NCBI GenBank assembly: GCA_964016885.1
Contig: OZ024741.1
Coordinates: 199,020,001-199,084,000 of the forward strand
Origin: Eledone cirrhosa
Taxonomy: Eukaryota
Reading direction: 5' to 3'
Length of the DNA stretch: 64,000 nucleotides
Shown: one piece after another, positions 38,405 through 51,469 of the stretch
Position numbering within the stretch: position 1 is the first letter of the stretch
Layout of the letters: the number at the start of each line of letters is the position of its first letter
Position numbers and translations under genes: made by a program
Notes under the pieces: generated by a model
What the model was told of the DNA's origin: nothing
What the model saw: only the letters and a program-made list of their open reading frames with translations
The model's database searches: none

Positions 38405-40410
38405 TGCTTCTACAACTGTCACTACTGACTCCACCACTGCCATCACCGCTACTGTCACCACCACCACCACCACCACCACTGCCACTGCCATCACCACTAC
38501 TGACTCCATCACCACCACCGCTGCCATCACCGCTACTGTCACCACCACCACCACTACCACCACCGCTGCCATCTCCACTACTGTCACCACCACCACCACC
38601 ACCACCACCGCTGCCATCACCACTACTGTCACCACCATCACCACCACCACCACCACCACCACCACTGCCACTGCCATCACCACTACTGACTCCATCACCA
38701 CCACCGCTGCCATCACCACTACTGTCACCACCACCGCTGCCATCACCACTACTGTCACCACCACCGCTGCCATCACCACTACTGACTCCATCACCACCAC
38801 CGCTGCCATCACAACTACTGTCACCACCACCATACACCGCTGCCATCACCACTACTGTCACCACCACCACCACCACCATCACCATTGCTGTCACCACCAC
38901 CGCTGCCATCACCATTGCTGTCACCACCACCGCTGCCATCACCATTGCTGTCACCACCACCACCACCATCACCACTACTGTCACCACCACCGCTGCCATC
39001 ACAACTACTGTCACCACCACCGCTGCCATCACAACTACTGTCACCACCACCACCACCATCACCATTGCTGTCACCACCACCGCTGCCATCTCCACTACTG
39101 TCACCACCACCGCTGCCATCTCCACTACTGTCACCACCACCGCTGCCATCTCCACTACTGTCACCACCACCGCTGCCATCTCCACTACTGTCACCACCAC
39201 CGCTGCCATCTCCACTACTGTCACCACCACCGCTGCCATCTCCACTACTGTCACCACCACCGCTGCCATCTCCACTACTGTCACCACCACCGCTGCCATC
39301 TCCACTACTGTCACCACCACCGCTGCCATCTCCACTACTGTCACCACCACCGCTGCCATCTCCACTACTGTCACCACCACCGCTGCCATCTCCACTACTG
39401 TCACCACCACCGCTGCCATCTCCACTACTGTCACCACCACCACCACCACCACCACCGCTGCCATCTCCACTACTGTCACCACCACCACCACCACCACCAC
39501 CGCTGCCATCTCCACTACTGTCACCACCACCACCACCACCACCACCGCTGCCATCTCCACTACTGTCACCACCACCACCACCACCACCACCGCTGCCATC
39601 TCCACTACTGTCACCACCACCACCACCACCACCACCGCTGCCATCTCCACTACTGTCACCACCACCACCACCACCACCACCGCTGCCATCTCCACTACTG
39701 TCACCACCACCACCACCACCACCACCGCTGCCATCTCCACTACTGTCACCACCACCACCACCACCACCACCGCTGCCATCTCCACTACTGTCACCACCAC
39801 CACCACCACCACCACCGCTGCCATCTCCACTACTGTCACCACCACCACCACCACCACCACCGCTGCCATCTCCACTACTGTCACCACCACCACCACCACC
39901 ACCACCGCTGCCATCTCCACTACTGTCACCACCACCACCACCACCACCACCGCTGCCATCTCCACTACTGTCACCACCACCACCACCACCACCACCGCTG
40001 CCATCTCCACTACTGTCACCACCACCACCACCACCACCACCACCACCGCTGCCATCTCCACTACTGTCACCACCACCGCTGCCATCACCACTACTGTCAC
40101 CACCACCACCACCACCGCTGCTATCACCACCACCACCACCACCACCATTGCTGCCATTACCACTACTGTCACCACCACCACCACCGCTGTCATCACCACT
40201 ACTGTCACCACCACCACCACCACCGCTGCTATCACCACCACCACCACCACCATTGCTGCCATTACCACTACTGTCACCACCACCACTACTTTCACTACCA
40301 CCACCACTACTTTCACTACCACCACCAGTACTACTACTACTACTACTACTACTACTGCTGCCACAACTACGATTGCTACTTCAACTGTCACAACTACTGT
40401 TGCTATCAAT
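38405..40410. repeat. ACC-based minisatellite (30-bp and 45-bp units)
   Basis: Unit ACTACTGTC(ACC)nGCTGCCATCTCC with n=3 at about 39.07-39.42 kb and n=8 at about 39.42-40.0 kb; degenerate flanks. Confidence 0.97.
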
Positions 40411-40759
40411 TATGCCATTAGCACAGCAACATTATGAGACAGAATTCTCTATATAGCCACTGAAACTGCTAGAAATAGCTACCAGATATCCCTCAAATCA
40501 CACTCCACTGTCTTACAGAAGGAAAGGACACATTAGATAATGTACTTCTAGATACCCCCCTAAAACATATGGGATGGCCATGGCTTATATGTCTGACTAA
40601 TCATAGTTGACTTAGGGTTATACAATTACAACCTCATGCTTGTATCTATCTTTAACCCTTTTGATACCAACCCACCCCAAACAACCTCTATTTCTATGAA
40701 ACAAAACCATCCATTTAAAAAAGTTCATACTAGAGGGTGACTTCTGATTACAAAGCTAT

Positions 40760-41720
40760 CAGAATAGCTTTATTTGCTGGACTAAAGTCAGATTCCAGCT
40801 TAACCCCAAAGTCTCTCCTCCCCTATGTTTTAACCTTGGATGCCATTGCTGTCAGTGCTGTGACTTTTTGAGCCTGCTGGTATTGTGATTGCAGGAAGGA
40901 AGACTTTTTCTTCAACCCAAGCTCTGTAAGCCTCTTTGTTTGGATGGCATCTTTAACCTCCAGATTGAACCTGGGGTTCCTCTTGCTACACCGAGCTGCT
41001 TTCACCCACACAATTTAACTGCTGAAATAGAAACTAACCAGCTGAAGAGTCTCCACTGTTTCAATGTCCTCAGTTTGTTCAGGAAGTTCTCTGAATTTCG
41101 ATGTAATAATATCCACATACCTGGTCCTGATCTCCTTGTGAGCCAGCATTTCGCACTATACCCTGTAGGTCAAGCTGGACATGCCAGTACAGCATGGTTT
41201 ACATGTGAGTGAAGTTACACTGAAGCAGGTAGAAAAGTTCAAGTATTTCAGTGCCATTTTCACAAGTGTTGAATTAAATGCAAGAATTGTTGGAGCTGGG
41301 TAATAATGCACCAGCTTCAACACTCTTTAGGTGTAAAAGTAAAAAAGAATTAGGTGTAAAAGCCAAATTTGCTATCTTCAATTTGATATTCATGTCTACA
41401 CTTACCTATGGTCATGAATCTCGGATAGTGAAGAAAATAATATGATAAAAAATACAAATAACTGAAACACAGCTCAGAGATTAGGAAGTTACTCCTGGTA
41501 GAGCTGCTTATTTGCTGCAATGAGGGATTACAGCCCTTGTATTATGGACAAGTATTTAGAATATCTAAGGAAAGAATTGCAGAACAGATTTTAGAGGTAA
41601 GCCCTGAGCAAGATTGCTGAATAACATCTATGATCTTGGTTACTTCTGACAGGACTCTCTGAAAGGCCTGCTCTGAGGACTGTGCTCTAATGACCCTTTC
41701 AGGAATAAGTGTGCGAAGGA
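40760..41720. mobile_element. RTE LINE (family of 10440-11440) with an inverted 5' portion
   Basis: About 40760-41210 on the minus strand matches 10440-10510 and continues into apparent upstream LINE coding sequence. 41210-41720 on the plus strand matches about 10770-11400. Confidence 0.75.
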
Positions 41721-42090
41721 GAAGCAGAAGAAGGCTTAATTTACAATCTGACTCAACTAAAAGCCCTTTAAATATCTAAAAAGAATACATAAGCAACCCA
41801 ATGTTTTACAACTAAAAGAAGGTTGTGAAGTTAAGCCAAATAAACTAGAGAACTGAGCCGAGCATCATGGATTTATATACCAATTAAGTTGTAGCCCTGA
41901 GCAAGTTATACTTGTATGACAGAGAGAGAAAATACTAGGTACAGTGTGAAACAGATTCTGCAAACATTGAAAAACAAAGGTTGCATGTGACAAAGGTGGT
42001 TTTGAAAATCATAATATCCAAGTAGTTTACATTTGTGTTATACTGGAAATTTGTTGTAATGTTTTTATGGCTTTATTATGTGATTAAAAA

Positions 42091-42278
42091 GGGCGGTGGA
42101 TTGGCAGTATCGGTAGAGGGTCAGACGCCATGCTTTCCAGCATAGTTACGTCCCTTTACGATCTGAGTTCAAATCCCGCCGAGGTTGACTTTACCTTTCA
42201 TCCTTACGGGGTCGATAAAATAAAGTACCAGTAATGCACTGGGTAATGCTGGCCTTGTGCCTAAAGTAGAAACAATTA
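42091..42278 (+). mobile_element. young SINE family A with a 16-bp TSD
   Basis: ATTATGTGATTAAAAA at 42075-42090 and 42275-42290. Confidence 0.95.
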
Positions 42279-42541
42279 TGTGATTAAAAAAAGAATAACC
42301 TTTGTATATGTTGGATAATCCGTTGACTTAGTAAGGATTAACTGCATTTGAATAATGAGGATATTCTTATGCTTTCTAGCCTTAGATTGTTGCCTATTTA
42401 TTTTTTTTTAATAGCAAAATGCTATTGTATAGTTTCACGTTTCATCTCTAGAGATAGGGTCATGACAATAATGAGCAAAGCACGTTTCTCTACTGATTTA
42501 TTAATCTAGTCATTTAGAGTTATTTTGTTTGTTTGTTTGTT

Positions 42542-42702
42542 TGTGTGTGTGTGCTTTTTTTATTATTACAAAATTTAACAAGGTTTTAGTAGAAAAGAGA
42601 TGGTTGTTCTATTTCAATGTCAGACATTGAAATAGAACAACCATCTCTTTTCTACTAAAACCTTGTTAAATTTTGTAATAATAAAAAAAGCACACACACA
42701 CA
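42542..42702. repeat. perfect about 160-bp palindrome with a 1-nt spacer
   Basis: ...ATTTCAATGTC-A-GACATTGAAAT... with arms reaching into (GT)n and (AC)n. Confidence 0.92.
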
Positions 42703-42881
42703 CACACTCACAAATAATAGAACAGAAGAGGTGGCTGTAAGTAGTGGGTAATCAGTACATTAAATTAAACTTTCAGTTCACTTTCTTTTATTTGATATAA
42801 TTAAGTTAATATACCACCATAAGCTAACCTCAGTTTTAACCTACTTTTAGATTTAGATTGCATCTTATTTCTTTCAATCAG

Positions 42882-43506
42882 GGCTGGAGATTGGCAGAAT
42901 TGCTAAGGGCATGAGACAAATGCTAAATAATATTTGTTCCCAGTCTTTATGTTCTGAGTTTGAATCCTGCTGGGGGCCAACTTTGTTTTTCATCCTTTCG
43001 AGGTCACTAAAATAAAGTACCAGTAAAGTACTAGAGACGATTTAATTTATCCCCTTCCCACAAATGACTGACCTGACACGTATGTTAGAAACAATTTTTT
43101 CTTTCTACCAGAGCAGTGGATTGGCAAAATCGTTAGAGTATCAGATTAATATACAATAGTATTTGTTCCCACTCTTTACATTCTGAGATTGAATCCTGCT
43201 TGGGGTTAATTTTACCTTTCACCCTTTCAAGGTCGATAAAATAAAGTACCAGTCAAGTACTAGGGTCAAATTTCTCTTCCCACCGAAATTGCTAGCCTTG
43301 TCCCAAAATTAGAAACCATTATGGTGGTGGATTGGTAGTATCGGTAGAGGGTTGGACGCCATGCTTTAACGCATAGAGTTACTGCCCTTTCCATTCTGAG
43401 TTCAAATCCCGCCAAGGTTAACTTTGTCTTTCATCCTTATGGAGTCGATAAAATAAAGTATCAGTAATACACTGGCTGGCCTTGTGCCAAAAGTAGAAGC
43501 AATTAT
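42882..43506 (+). mobile_element. three tandem head-to-tail SINE family A copies
   Basis: Heads at about 42882, 43113 and 43324, each followed by a B box, central domain and AGAAAC/AGAAGC tail. Confidence 0.85.
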
Positions 43507-46500
43507 TTATTTCAACCTAAATTATTTTATTTTCTCATTATAGTTTTTTTAAGTATATTTAACACACACACACACATATTTATTCATATGAAGGTGAAAT
43601 GTGGTTGTTAAAGAACAAGTTTATATATGAAGATTGATTCCATTATTTGAATCCTGTCTCTACACAAGGTAGTGAATTGGCACTGGATTAAAAATCCCTT
43701 TATATATAAATAAAATACCAGTGTAACACTGAGGCTGATTCTTTCTCTCTCTCTTCCTCTTATAGAAATTGGCTCTGTTGTAATCTGGAGAGGGATGGGC
43801 ACTGCCAGGTTTTAAATGTCCAAGATATGCTGCAGATCAGGACAGTACCCCTATGACTCCATCAAGAGTTAAGGGCTCTCTCTCTATACACACACAATTG
43901 GTCTTCCTACTGACATATACCTGTTAAGCAAAATCCTTTGATACCCTTGATTGCAGGTTCTTCATCAGTTGCTTCACATTACTCATTGAAGTCATATTTC
44001 ATGAGTTGAGAATTCTTACACAACAGAATAGCACTCTGATACCACACTCATCATCATCATCATCATCATTATCATCATCATCATCATCATAACTACCCCC
44101 ACTACCATCACACCTGATGTTACAATGTCTTCCATTTTTTTGACAATGAAGATTTTGTTAGGGTAATGAGAGTGCCATCTAAAAAGCAACATAGTATAGC
44201 TATTTACTCAGTATATAGTTTTGTATGTGTTTATTTGTTGCATTGGTTGTTTGCAATTAAGTTCTCATCTAACTTGTATGTACATACAATAAAGTTCCCA
44301 GCTAACCTGTGAATACATACATTAACTGCTTTGTTCGTCTGTGTATGGAGAATTGATTTATAGAATGCTTTTGTTAATTTCAATAAGATTAGAATAATTA
44401 CTGATAAAAAAGGTTTTCATATAAATGAGTGGAAAATCTTTCTTTAAACGAACAACTTCTTTACAAACTAAAAATTTCAAAAAGATTTTTTTATGAATAA
44501 AATCTTGTTTATACATAAATCTGGGTGAAAATGATAGTATATTTACATCATTTTATCTATTTAATCCTCTATAAAATTTAGTAAAGAGAACCTATTTTTT
44601 TCTTTAGTAATTTTTGAAATACTAACACTTCCACCATGAAGAGACATTTTAATATGACAACCATTTTGGTTAACTATATGACCTTTCTCAGATTTATGAC
44701 TGATTTCTTTCTTTTTAACTAAAGAACCCTGAAAGTGGAAAGGCGCTCTGCTGAGCAAACACTTCAAAGACAAGGATTATGTGTAAAAACATAGATGACT
44801 GCTTAAATTTCCTGTGAAAGAAGCAAGAATTATAAGGAGCAGAAATGTTTGTAAGAAAATATTTAGACTCTTGTAGATTCAAAGGAATTGCCTTTTTCTC
44901 TATGATTGCTTACATTAAGGAAGACTTTAAATTACATCTGACCTTCTCTGCAAGGATGCTTTTTCTGATATACTAAACATCTACCAATTATTATAGCCTC
45001 TGAAAGGCAGTGATTAATACACTTTTTTTTTTTTTTTTTTTATCAAGATTTCTTTTTCCTTTCTTTTTCTTCCTTTCTCTCTCTTTCTTATCTTCACTTC
45101 TTTTCTTTTTCTATTTGTTCTTTTTCTTCTCTTATTTTTGTTTTTGAATTATTTTTCATTTGTTCTTTTTGTCTTTTCACTCTTCCCTGTATTCTATATG
45201 TGTATGTAGTTTTACTACAACAGATTATATAGTAATATCTGTTTACAATTTGATATTAATACCTTCAGTGACCTAGAGTAAACCTTAAGCCATTTATCTC
45301 TAATTAAGTACACATTATTCTATTTAATTATAGATCAGTTATTGGAAACTTAAAGTTAATATTTGGGGATTATCACTTTTATTGGTTTGATCAGTTTATT
45401 ATTGATGTCAAATTATCTACTTTTATATGTCTTTCTAGTTTTATTGTTTAAGGTCAAGAGTATAATGCAATACTCACACAAGTATACACACACACTAACA
45501 CTCATACAACGGTTTTATATACATTCATTTTTCAATATTGGCATGTTTTTTTTAGTACTGTATACACCCCCCCCCCCACAACATCATCATCATCATCATC
45601 ATCATCATGGGTTGGACAGGTTGTCACAGACAAAGTCAGTACTTAATTGGAGCAACTGTCCTCTCAAGCAAAGGGTTTGGAGGACCCTTTAGTTGTGTCA
45701 AAGACATGACAGCCTACTTTGTGTTGGTGATCTACATGATAAACGCATTCAATATACTTTGTAAAGTTGTTGGTGATAGGAAGGGCATCTAGCCATAGGA
45801 AATCTGCCAAACAAAGGACCGGGAGGACTCTTCAGCTGTATCAAAGACATGACAGCTTCCCTAGAAGACAGAGTTAGAAATAGAAGATAAATAGAAAGTA
45901 AAGAGTGACGAGAGGAAGGAATGGGGAAAATGAGATACAAAATTGGGGAGAAAAAACATACATGTACACATTCAGTCAGCCATCTTGGAGAATATATATA
46001 TATGTATTGTATATTTAATGATATACTGCATTTAAAAACATTTTGAAGGGCTTTCGCTATGAATTTAAGGTAGTGACAAACGTCACATACCTAGCCTCTC
46101 TTTTAAGAGAAATAACCGACGATCATTTCTCACTTTTTAGTGGTTGTCAAGGCTATATCTCCCTTCGCCTTTGCTGTAAGCTATAGAAGCTGGATTCTTA
46201 TAGAATTATGGAATAATTTAATTAATTAATCGGTTTCAGAGAAGACTATTTTCCTTTTCCTTTCAATTTTAAATGTAATTTTATTCTTCTGTGTAATTTA
46301 GTATTAAGAATTAAGGAGTAATAAGTGGAACATGTTTGAATTGAATTGCTTTTTCAGCTGAGTGCCTGAAAATATCAGTCATGCATAAAATTACAACACT
46401 TAATAATTACAACATTTAATAATTTATCAGGTGCTCAAAATTAATGCATAATTTAGAAAATAATTATTTTCCAGTTAAACAATCCCAGATACACAAAATT

Positions 46501-46616
46501 CCCCCTAATTACTAACTCCAACTGACCTACCGTTTTCTATTTCTTGTGCAATTAGGTTTGTGCTTATTCTTAATACAACAGATCCATCTAATACATAGAA
46601 AGATAACAAGTGCACA

Positions 46617-46844
46617 TTAACCCTTTAGGATTTACATTACTCTATATATACTATTATATTTTTGCAGTAAAGGCTCTATCTTACATAATTATCTCACATA
46701 ATATTGAATCTATGAGATTTTGATATTATTTATTTTGGGAACAATACCTTAACATCAGTATAAGTGGCCAGTTACAGCCTGTTTGAACAGAAAGAGGTGA
46801 GAGAATTCTGGCTGTACATGGCCAGTTTAAATGCTAATGGGTTA
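46617..46844. mobile_element. piggyBac-like MITE
   Basis: TTAACCCTTTAG...CTAATGGGTTAA. Reverse homolog of 16383-16610; abuts another TTAACCC terminus. Confidence 0.6.
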
Positions 46845-47597
46845 ACCCATTTGTTACTATATTTCTACTGAAGTACATTGTATTCCAATTAGTTATTTAA
46901 AAATTTGGAGAAATTTACTAAAGTTGTTATTTCATTATTACAATGGCATATATATCATAACTTAACAACATTAAAATTATGTCTGAAGCTTTTAATTTAA
47001 ATAGATACTTGATGTGACAACATTTTCTTATAATTGTATGACTTTATTTTTTATTTCGGCAAGACCAGATTCTAGAGTCTTGTAGTAGGAGTCAAGCACT
47101 TTGCTTTTTTACTCTACTTCTCTCCTTCAGCCCTCATGCTACATACACTACCTCACTATCAGGCCAGGACACTAACTCCTGAGTGCTATTGGTAAAAATG
47201 TACTCCAGTACAACTTGAGGTATAATTTGGTTATTGGCAACTAAACTGGCACCCTCACTAGGCTTACCTGACTGGAAAGGGAATGCGAGAAACCAAGGAG
47301 GACAAAAACAAAGCCTGCCAAAAGCCAGATGAACACTATCTAGCATCAGAGTCCAGAGATACAGAAATATTCAAGTTGGTGGGTAAGCATACAGTAAGAC
47401 CAGCGGGAGTGTTGAACCCTTAGTCCAGGTGATGGAAAATTTAAAACTCAAACCCAATTCTTTTCAGATACAATCAATAGATCTCTGATAATGAGGCAAA
47501 TACTTTCACTGTCTTGTGACTGTTAGGGGTAACAGAAGACAAAAGGAAACAACCCAGACAGAAATATAAGTGTGGAGTTTTGTAGATAGTTTCTTGC

Positions 47598-47630
<33 letters not shown>

Positions 47631-47829
47631 TACAATAACAGAGATAGTTTAAAGCTAAACTCTGACTGGTAACCATCTCACTCAACAAACATTAGGTTAT
47701 ATTTAAATATAAACCCAATTTAAGTGTTTGGGGTGCTAACAATATGTATAATGTGGAAAAACCAGTTGTATTATTTTATGAGATATAATTAAAGTTAAAG
47801 TATATCTCTCTTTCCAAACAATTATATAT

Positions 47830-48240
47830 ATTCAGGTTTGAGGTTCACCACTGTCTATTCCGTATGGTCAATCGTAATGCAATAATATAGAGAGTACTCA
47901 ACGTAAGGCAGTTCAACCGTCTTTGTTTTTGTAGTTGGTGGTGCTATTACGGAATTAAATATTATAATGAAATAACAGGAGGCTGGATTTGTGTAAATCC
48001 TTGAAAGGTTTATTATACTATGGGCAACCGGCTGAGGTTGAAGGAACAGAATAGCGGTCGTCCTCGGGTCCTCGATTTTCAGCTCCATGGATTTTATCTA
48101 TTACATTCACGTATTATATTTCGAATACCTGATGATATCACCGGATTCATACGGAACCCTGTCATTGAAATGATCATAGTATAATAAACCTTTCAAGGAT
48201 TTACACAAATCCAGCCTCCTGTCATTTCATTATTATATAT
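47830..48240 (+). mobile_element. Penelope/retrozyme-like element with 59-bp inverted arms and a hammerhead motif
   Basis: 47964-48022 is the reverse complement of 48175-48233 (1 mismatch). TA runs on both flanks. Confidence 0.7.
48125..48182 (+). ncRNA. type I hammerhead ribozyme motif (stem II degenerate)
   Basis: AUAC-CUGAUGA-(imperfect stem II)-GAAA-UGAUCA-UA-GUAU, then AAUAAA at 48183-48188. Confidence 0.65.
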
Positions 48241-48453
48241 ATATATATATAAGATGAATTGATAATACAACTATAAAAGACAGAGATATATTCAAAGCTC
48301 AAACATGATTTCATTATCCACAGTAAGATTGACAAAAGGCAGAGTTTAATTCAGTTCACAAATATCCAGTCAGAGTAGTTTTACAACAACACAGAGCATA
48401 TATAAAATGAATAAATAAATAACCAAGGTTTAAGACATTATTTAATTGATTTA

Positions 48454-48640
48454 CGGTGGATTGGCAGTATCGGTAGAGGGTCGGACGCCATGCTTTCCAG
48501 CATAGTTACGTCCCTTTACGATCTGAGTTCAAAGCCCGCCGAGGTTGACTTTGCCTTTCATCCTTACGGGGTCGATAAAATAAAGGACCAGTAATGCACT
48601 GGGTAATTGCTGGCCTTGTGCCTAAAGTAGAAACAATTAT
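48454..48640 (+). mobile_element. young SINE family A with TSD
   Basis: ATTATTTAATTGATTTAC is duplicated on both sides. Confidence 0.93.
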
Positions 48641-48896
48641 TTAATTGATTTACATCACAGGTTTGCAACCCATTTAGGCCAAACTCCCCCTTTTGTCCCT
48701 CAAAATCACGAAACGCCCTCCTACCTTATTTTTCCATTTTTCAATATACTACTGATTTTGATATCAGTCGATTACTAAAAAATTGATTAACAATATTCCA
48801 AAGATACCATTGCAGGCAGTTGAGAGTATAAATATTCTTGAAAGGAAATATATAAATTTCAAAAAAAGGAACATAAATGTTCTTTTTTATGAATAA

Positions 48897-49330
48897 GGAA
48901 GGTGCATGGCTTAGTGGTTAGAGCATTGGGCTTGCAATCGAAAGGTTGTGAGTTCAATTCTCGGACCGGGTGATGTGTTGTTTCCTTGAGCAAGACACTT
49001 TATTTCACATTGCTCCAGTTTACTCAGCTGTAGAAATGAGATAAGACTGGGGTCCCTATCATTCCACTGCAAAGTGGTCGTGGAGGTGCCACGGCAAAAA
49101 AAACACCCAGCTTACACTGTAAAAGTGGACGTGTAGGCGCCACGGAAAAAAGCACCCAGCACTCACTGCAAATGAGGTTGGTGTTAGGAAGGGCATCCAG
49201 CTGTAGAAATCAAGCCAGAATCAGTTCCCGTATGAGCAAGACAAAATCAGGCGACCGGACACTGCCCACAACAGGACAACCCGTCTAACCCATGCTAGCA
49301 TGGAAGAACGGATGTAAAACGGTGCTGCTG
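48897..49330 (+). mobile_element. SINE family B, full length
   Basis: tRNA-like head (A/B boxes, anticodon-like loop TTGCAAT), central domain and RTE-type tail. Confidence 0.9.
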
Positions 49331-49679
49331 AAGGACCAGTTGAATTTGTTATATTCCCACCAGGCGATACCAGCTATTTTGAACATTTATACAAGAGCAA
49401 CTCTGTCTATCCAAAGAGTGGTCTTATCTGGAAGAAAGTGGCAATTATATCATTTGAAAGCTTTCCAATTTTCCTTTTATTGAAACAGACAGAATAAATG
49501 TTGATATCTAACTTGATGTCCATAAGAGGGTATATTTATTAATAAATGGTAAAATATATACAACAAATGAGTAAGTGAATTGTAGTCAGACTGCAACTAC
49601 AAATAAAAAAATTGTTAGTTTGCTTTGTAACAACAGCATATCCAAGTTTTCGGATAAATCAACTTACTTTAACTTTGAC

Positions 49680-51469
49680 CTCATTTCAATGGAATCCTTG
49701 AGCTTCATGGAGTCTAGCTAACTCTTTGACATGAGGCTGAATTTTTGTAAGATGTAGCTTGCGATCTCCACGTGTAATTACATTGTAGTGGTTGCACCAA
49801 ACCTCCTCTCGACTAAGTATGAGCTTGGAAAAGGCAGAGCAAATCTCTTAGCCTCTGCATGTAGGAGTGGAAATCGACGCTGAATTTCCTCTTGCATCCA
49901 AAAAAGGGGTTCACCTATTTTGGGAAATCTAATTTTGATCATGTCATCTGCTTGAAGTTCAATGAATTCTTCCTGAAATTTAACGTCCAAATCGTTTACG
50001 TTAGCTATGAAGGGATCTGCTATCCACATTGGGATATCCATCGGCAAAAGGTCGACAAATTGTTCTCTCATGTTGTCTTGTAGCACATGGAGGTGAGCGG
50101 TATAAATTTGGAGTTGGTTATCGCTTACAATGTTTTGAACATTGGCGACACTAGGAAAATTATAGAATTCCCGTCAACAAAGATTCCTTTCAATGACATT
50201 CAATTTGGACAGGAATGTTTTCACGACATTCCTTGCTTTAAGCAAGGTGATCTTCTTCCCCTGCAAAGCCATAATGACGCTATTGCATTTGTCAAAGGTG
50301 TTAGCGAGGTAGGCACAGTCTTGCCTCACATCGAGGGTTTTCTTGTACAGTTCTGTGTTGCATCCTCGAAGAAACTCAATGATAGTCAAACAGTTCAAAG
50401 AAGTGAGTAAGGCACTTGCCCTTTGAAAGCCACCTCACTTCAGTATGAAGGAGCAACTTGACGAATTCTTCGTCATTATCTTGGCACAGTTGCCGAAAAT
50501 TTTGTTCATTGAGGGAATGGTGTTTGATAAAATTGATGACATTAATGGCCACCTGCAAGGACTTGCTCAGTGGCTTGCTGAGTTTCTTCGCAGCCAAGTG
50601 TTGTTGATGAATGACATAATGAACAGCAAATACAGATAGATTTTCTCTCTTCAGAAGAGTGAAGAAACCCTTATGTTGGCTGACCATTGCTCTTGTGTCA
50701 TCCGTAGCACATGATACAATGTGTGTTGTATGTGGTCCTAGATGTATGTATTACCTCCCTGTGTGTTGTATGCAGTCCTAGATGTATGTATTACCTGCTT
50801 ATATATTGCATGTGGTCCCAGCTATATGTATTACCTACTTGTGTGTTGTATGTGGTCCTAGATGTGTGTATTACCTGCTTATGTGTTGCATGTGGTCCTA
50901 GATGTGTGTGCTACCTGATTATGAGTTGTATGTGGTCCTAGATGTCTGTATTACCTGCTTATGTGTTGTATGTGGTCCTAGATGTGTGTGCTACCCGCTT
51001 TTGTGTTTTTTCTTTTCTTTTTTTTTTATTTGTAATATTATTTATACAATAGGGAATAAAATAGATCTACATAGTGTTAACTCATTACGGTTGAATCAAT
51101 AATTACAGACATGAAATACATTGTTATCGGTGAAGGAAAGATAAGATTCTAACTGGTTGCACTCAAAGTGTCTTTGTGGGTTTTTTCCATTTTTAGGATC
51201 TCAATTGCTGGTTAATGTTTAGGGACGCCTGCACACCTGCTTACAGCTGCGGTCAGACCATAGTTATGCTGTCTGCATGCTCATTCAAATGCATTCACAC
51301 TGGCTGTCTCAGAGACATACAAATATGGCTTAGAAAACTTACCAAAGTAAAGAGCCTTCCAGTGCCCCCCCCCCCCCCCCCCCCCACACACACCCCCAGC
51401 GCCCCTCTGATGCCCCCTTGTTCCAAAACGCCCCTTGGGGTGCATATGCCCCCCGTTGAGAACCTTTGA
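49680..51469 (-). mobile_element. hAT (Buster/Charlie, ZBED5/SCAND3-like) DNA transposon remnant
   Basis: H.VIHQQHLAAK, LLLHTEVRWLSKGKCL and LPFPSSYLVER.F. Terminus CAAAGGTTCTCAACGGGGGG at about 51469. Multiple frameshifts. Confidence 0.9.
50718..51003. repeat. 40-bp minisatellite, about 7 units, inside the hAT element
   Basis: Unit TGTGTTGTATGTGGTCCTAGATGTGTGTATTACCTGCTTA. Confidence 0.92.

Noticed and set aside
38295-40456. 500-700 aa ORFs in several frames
   Set aside because: By-product of a stop-free ACC minisatellite, with no unique coding context or splice evidence.
48897-48970. tRNA-Cys-like sequence
   Set aside because: It is a SINE head continuing into the SINE body, with no proper acceptor stem.
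50718-51003. CRISPR-like periodic array
   Set aside because: Tandem units without unique spacers, in eukaryotic DNA with no cas genes.
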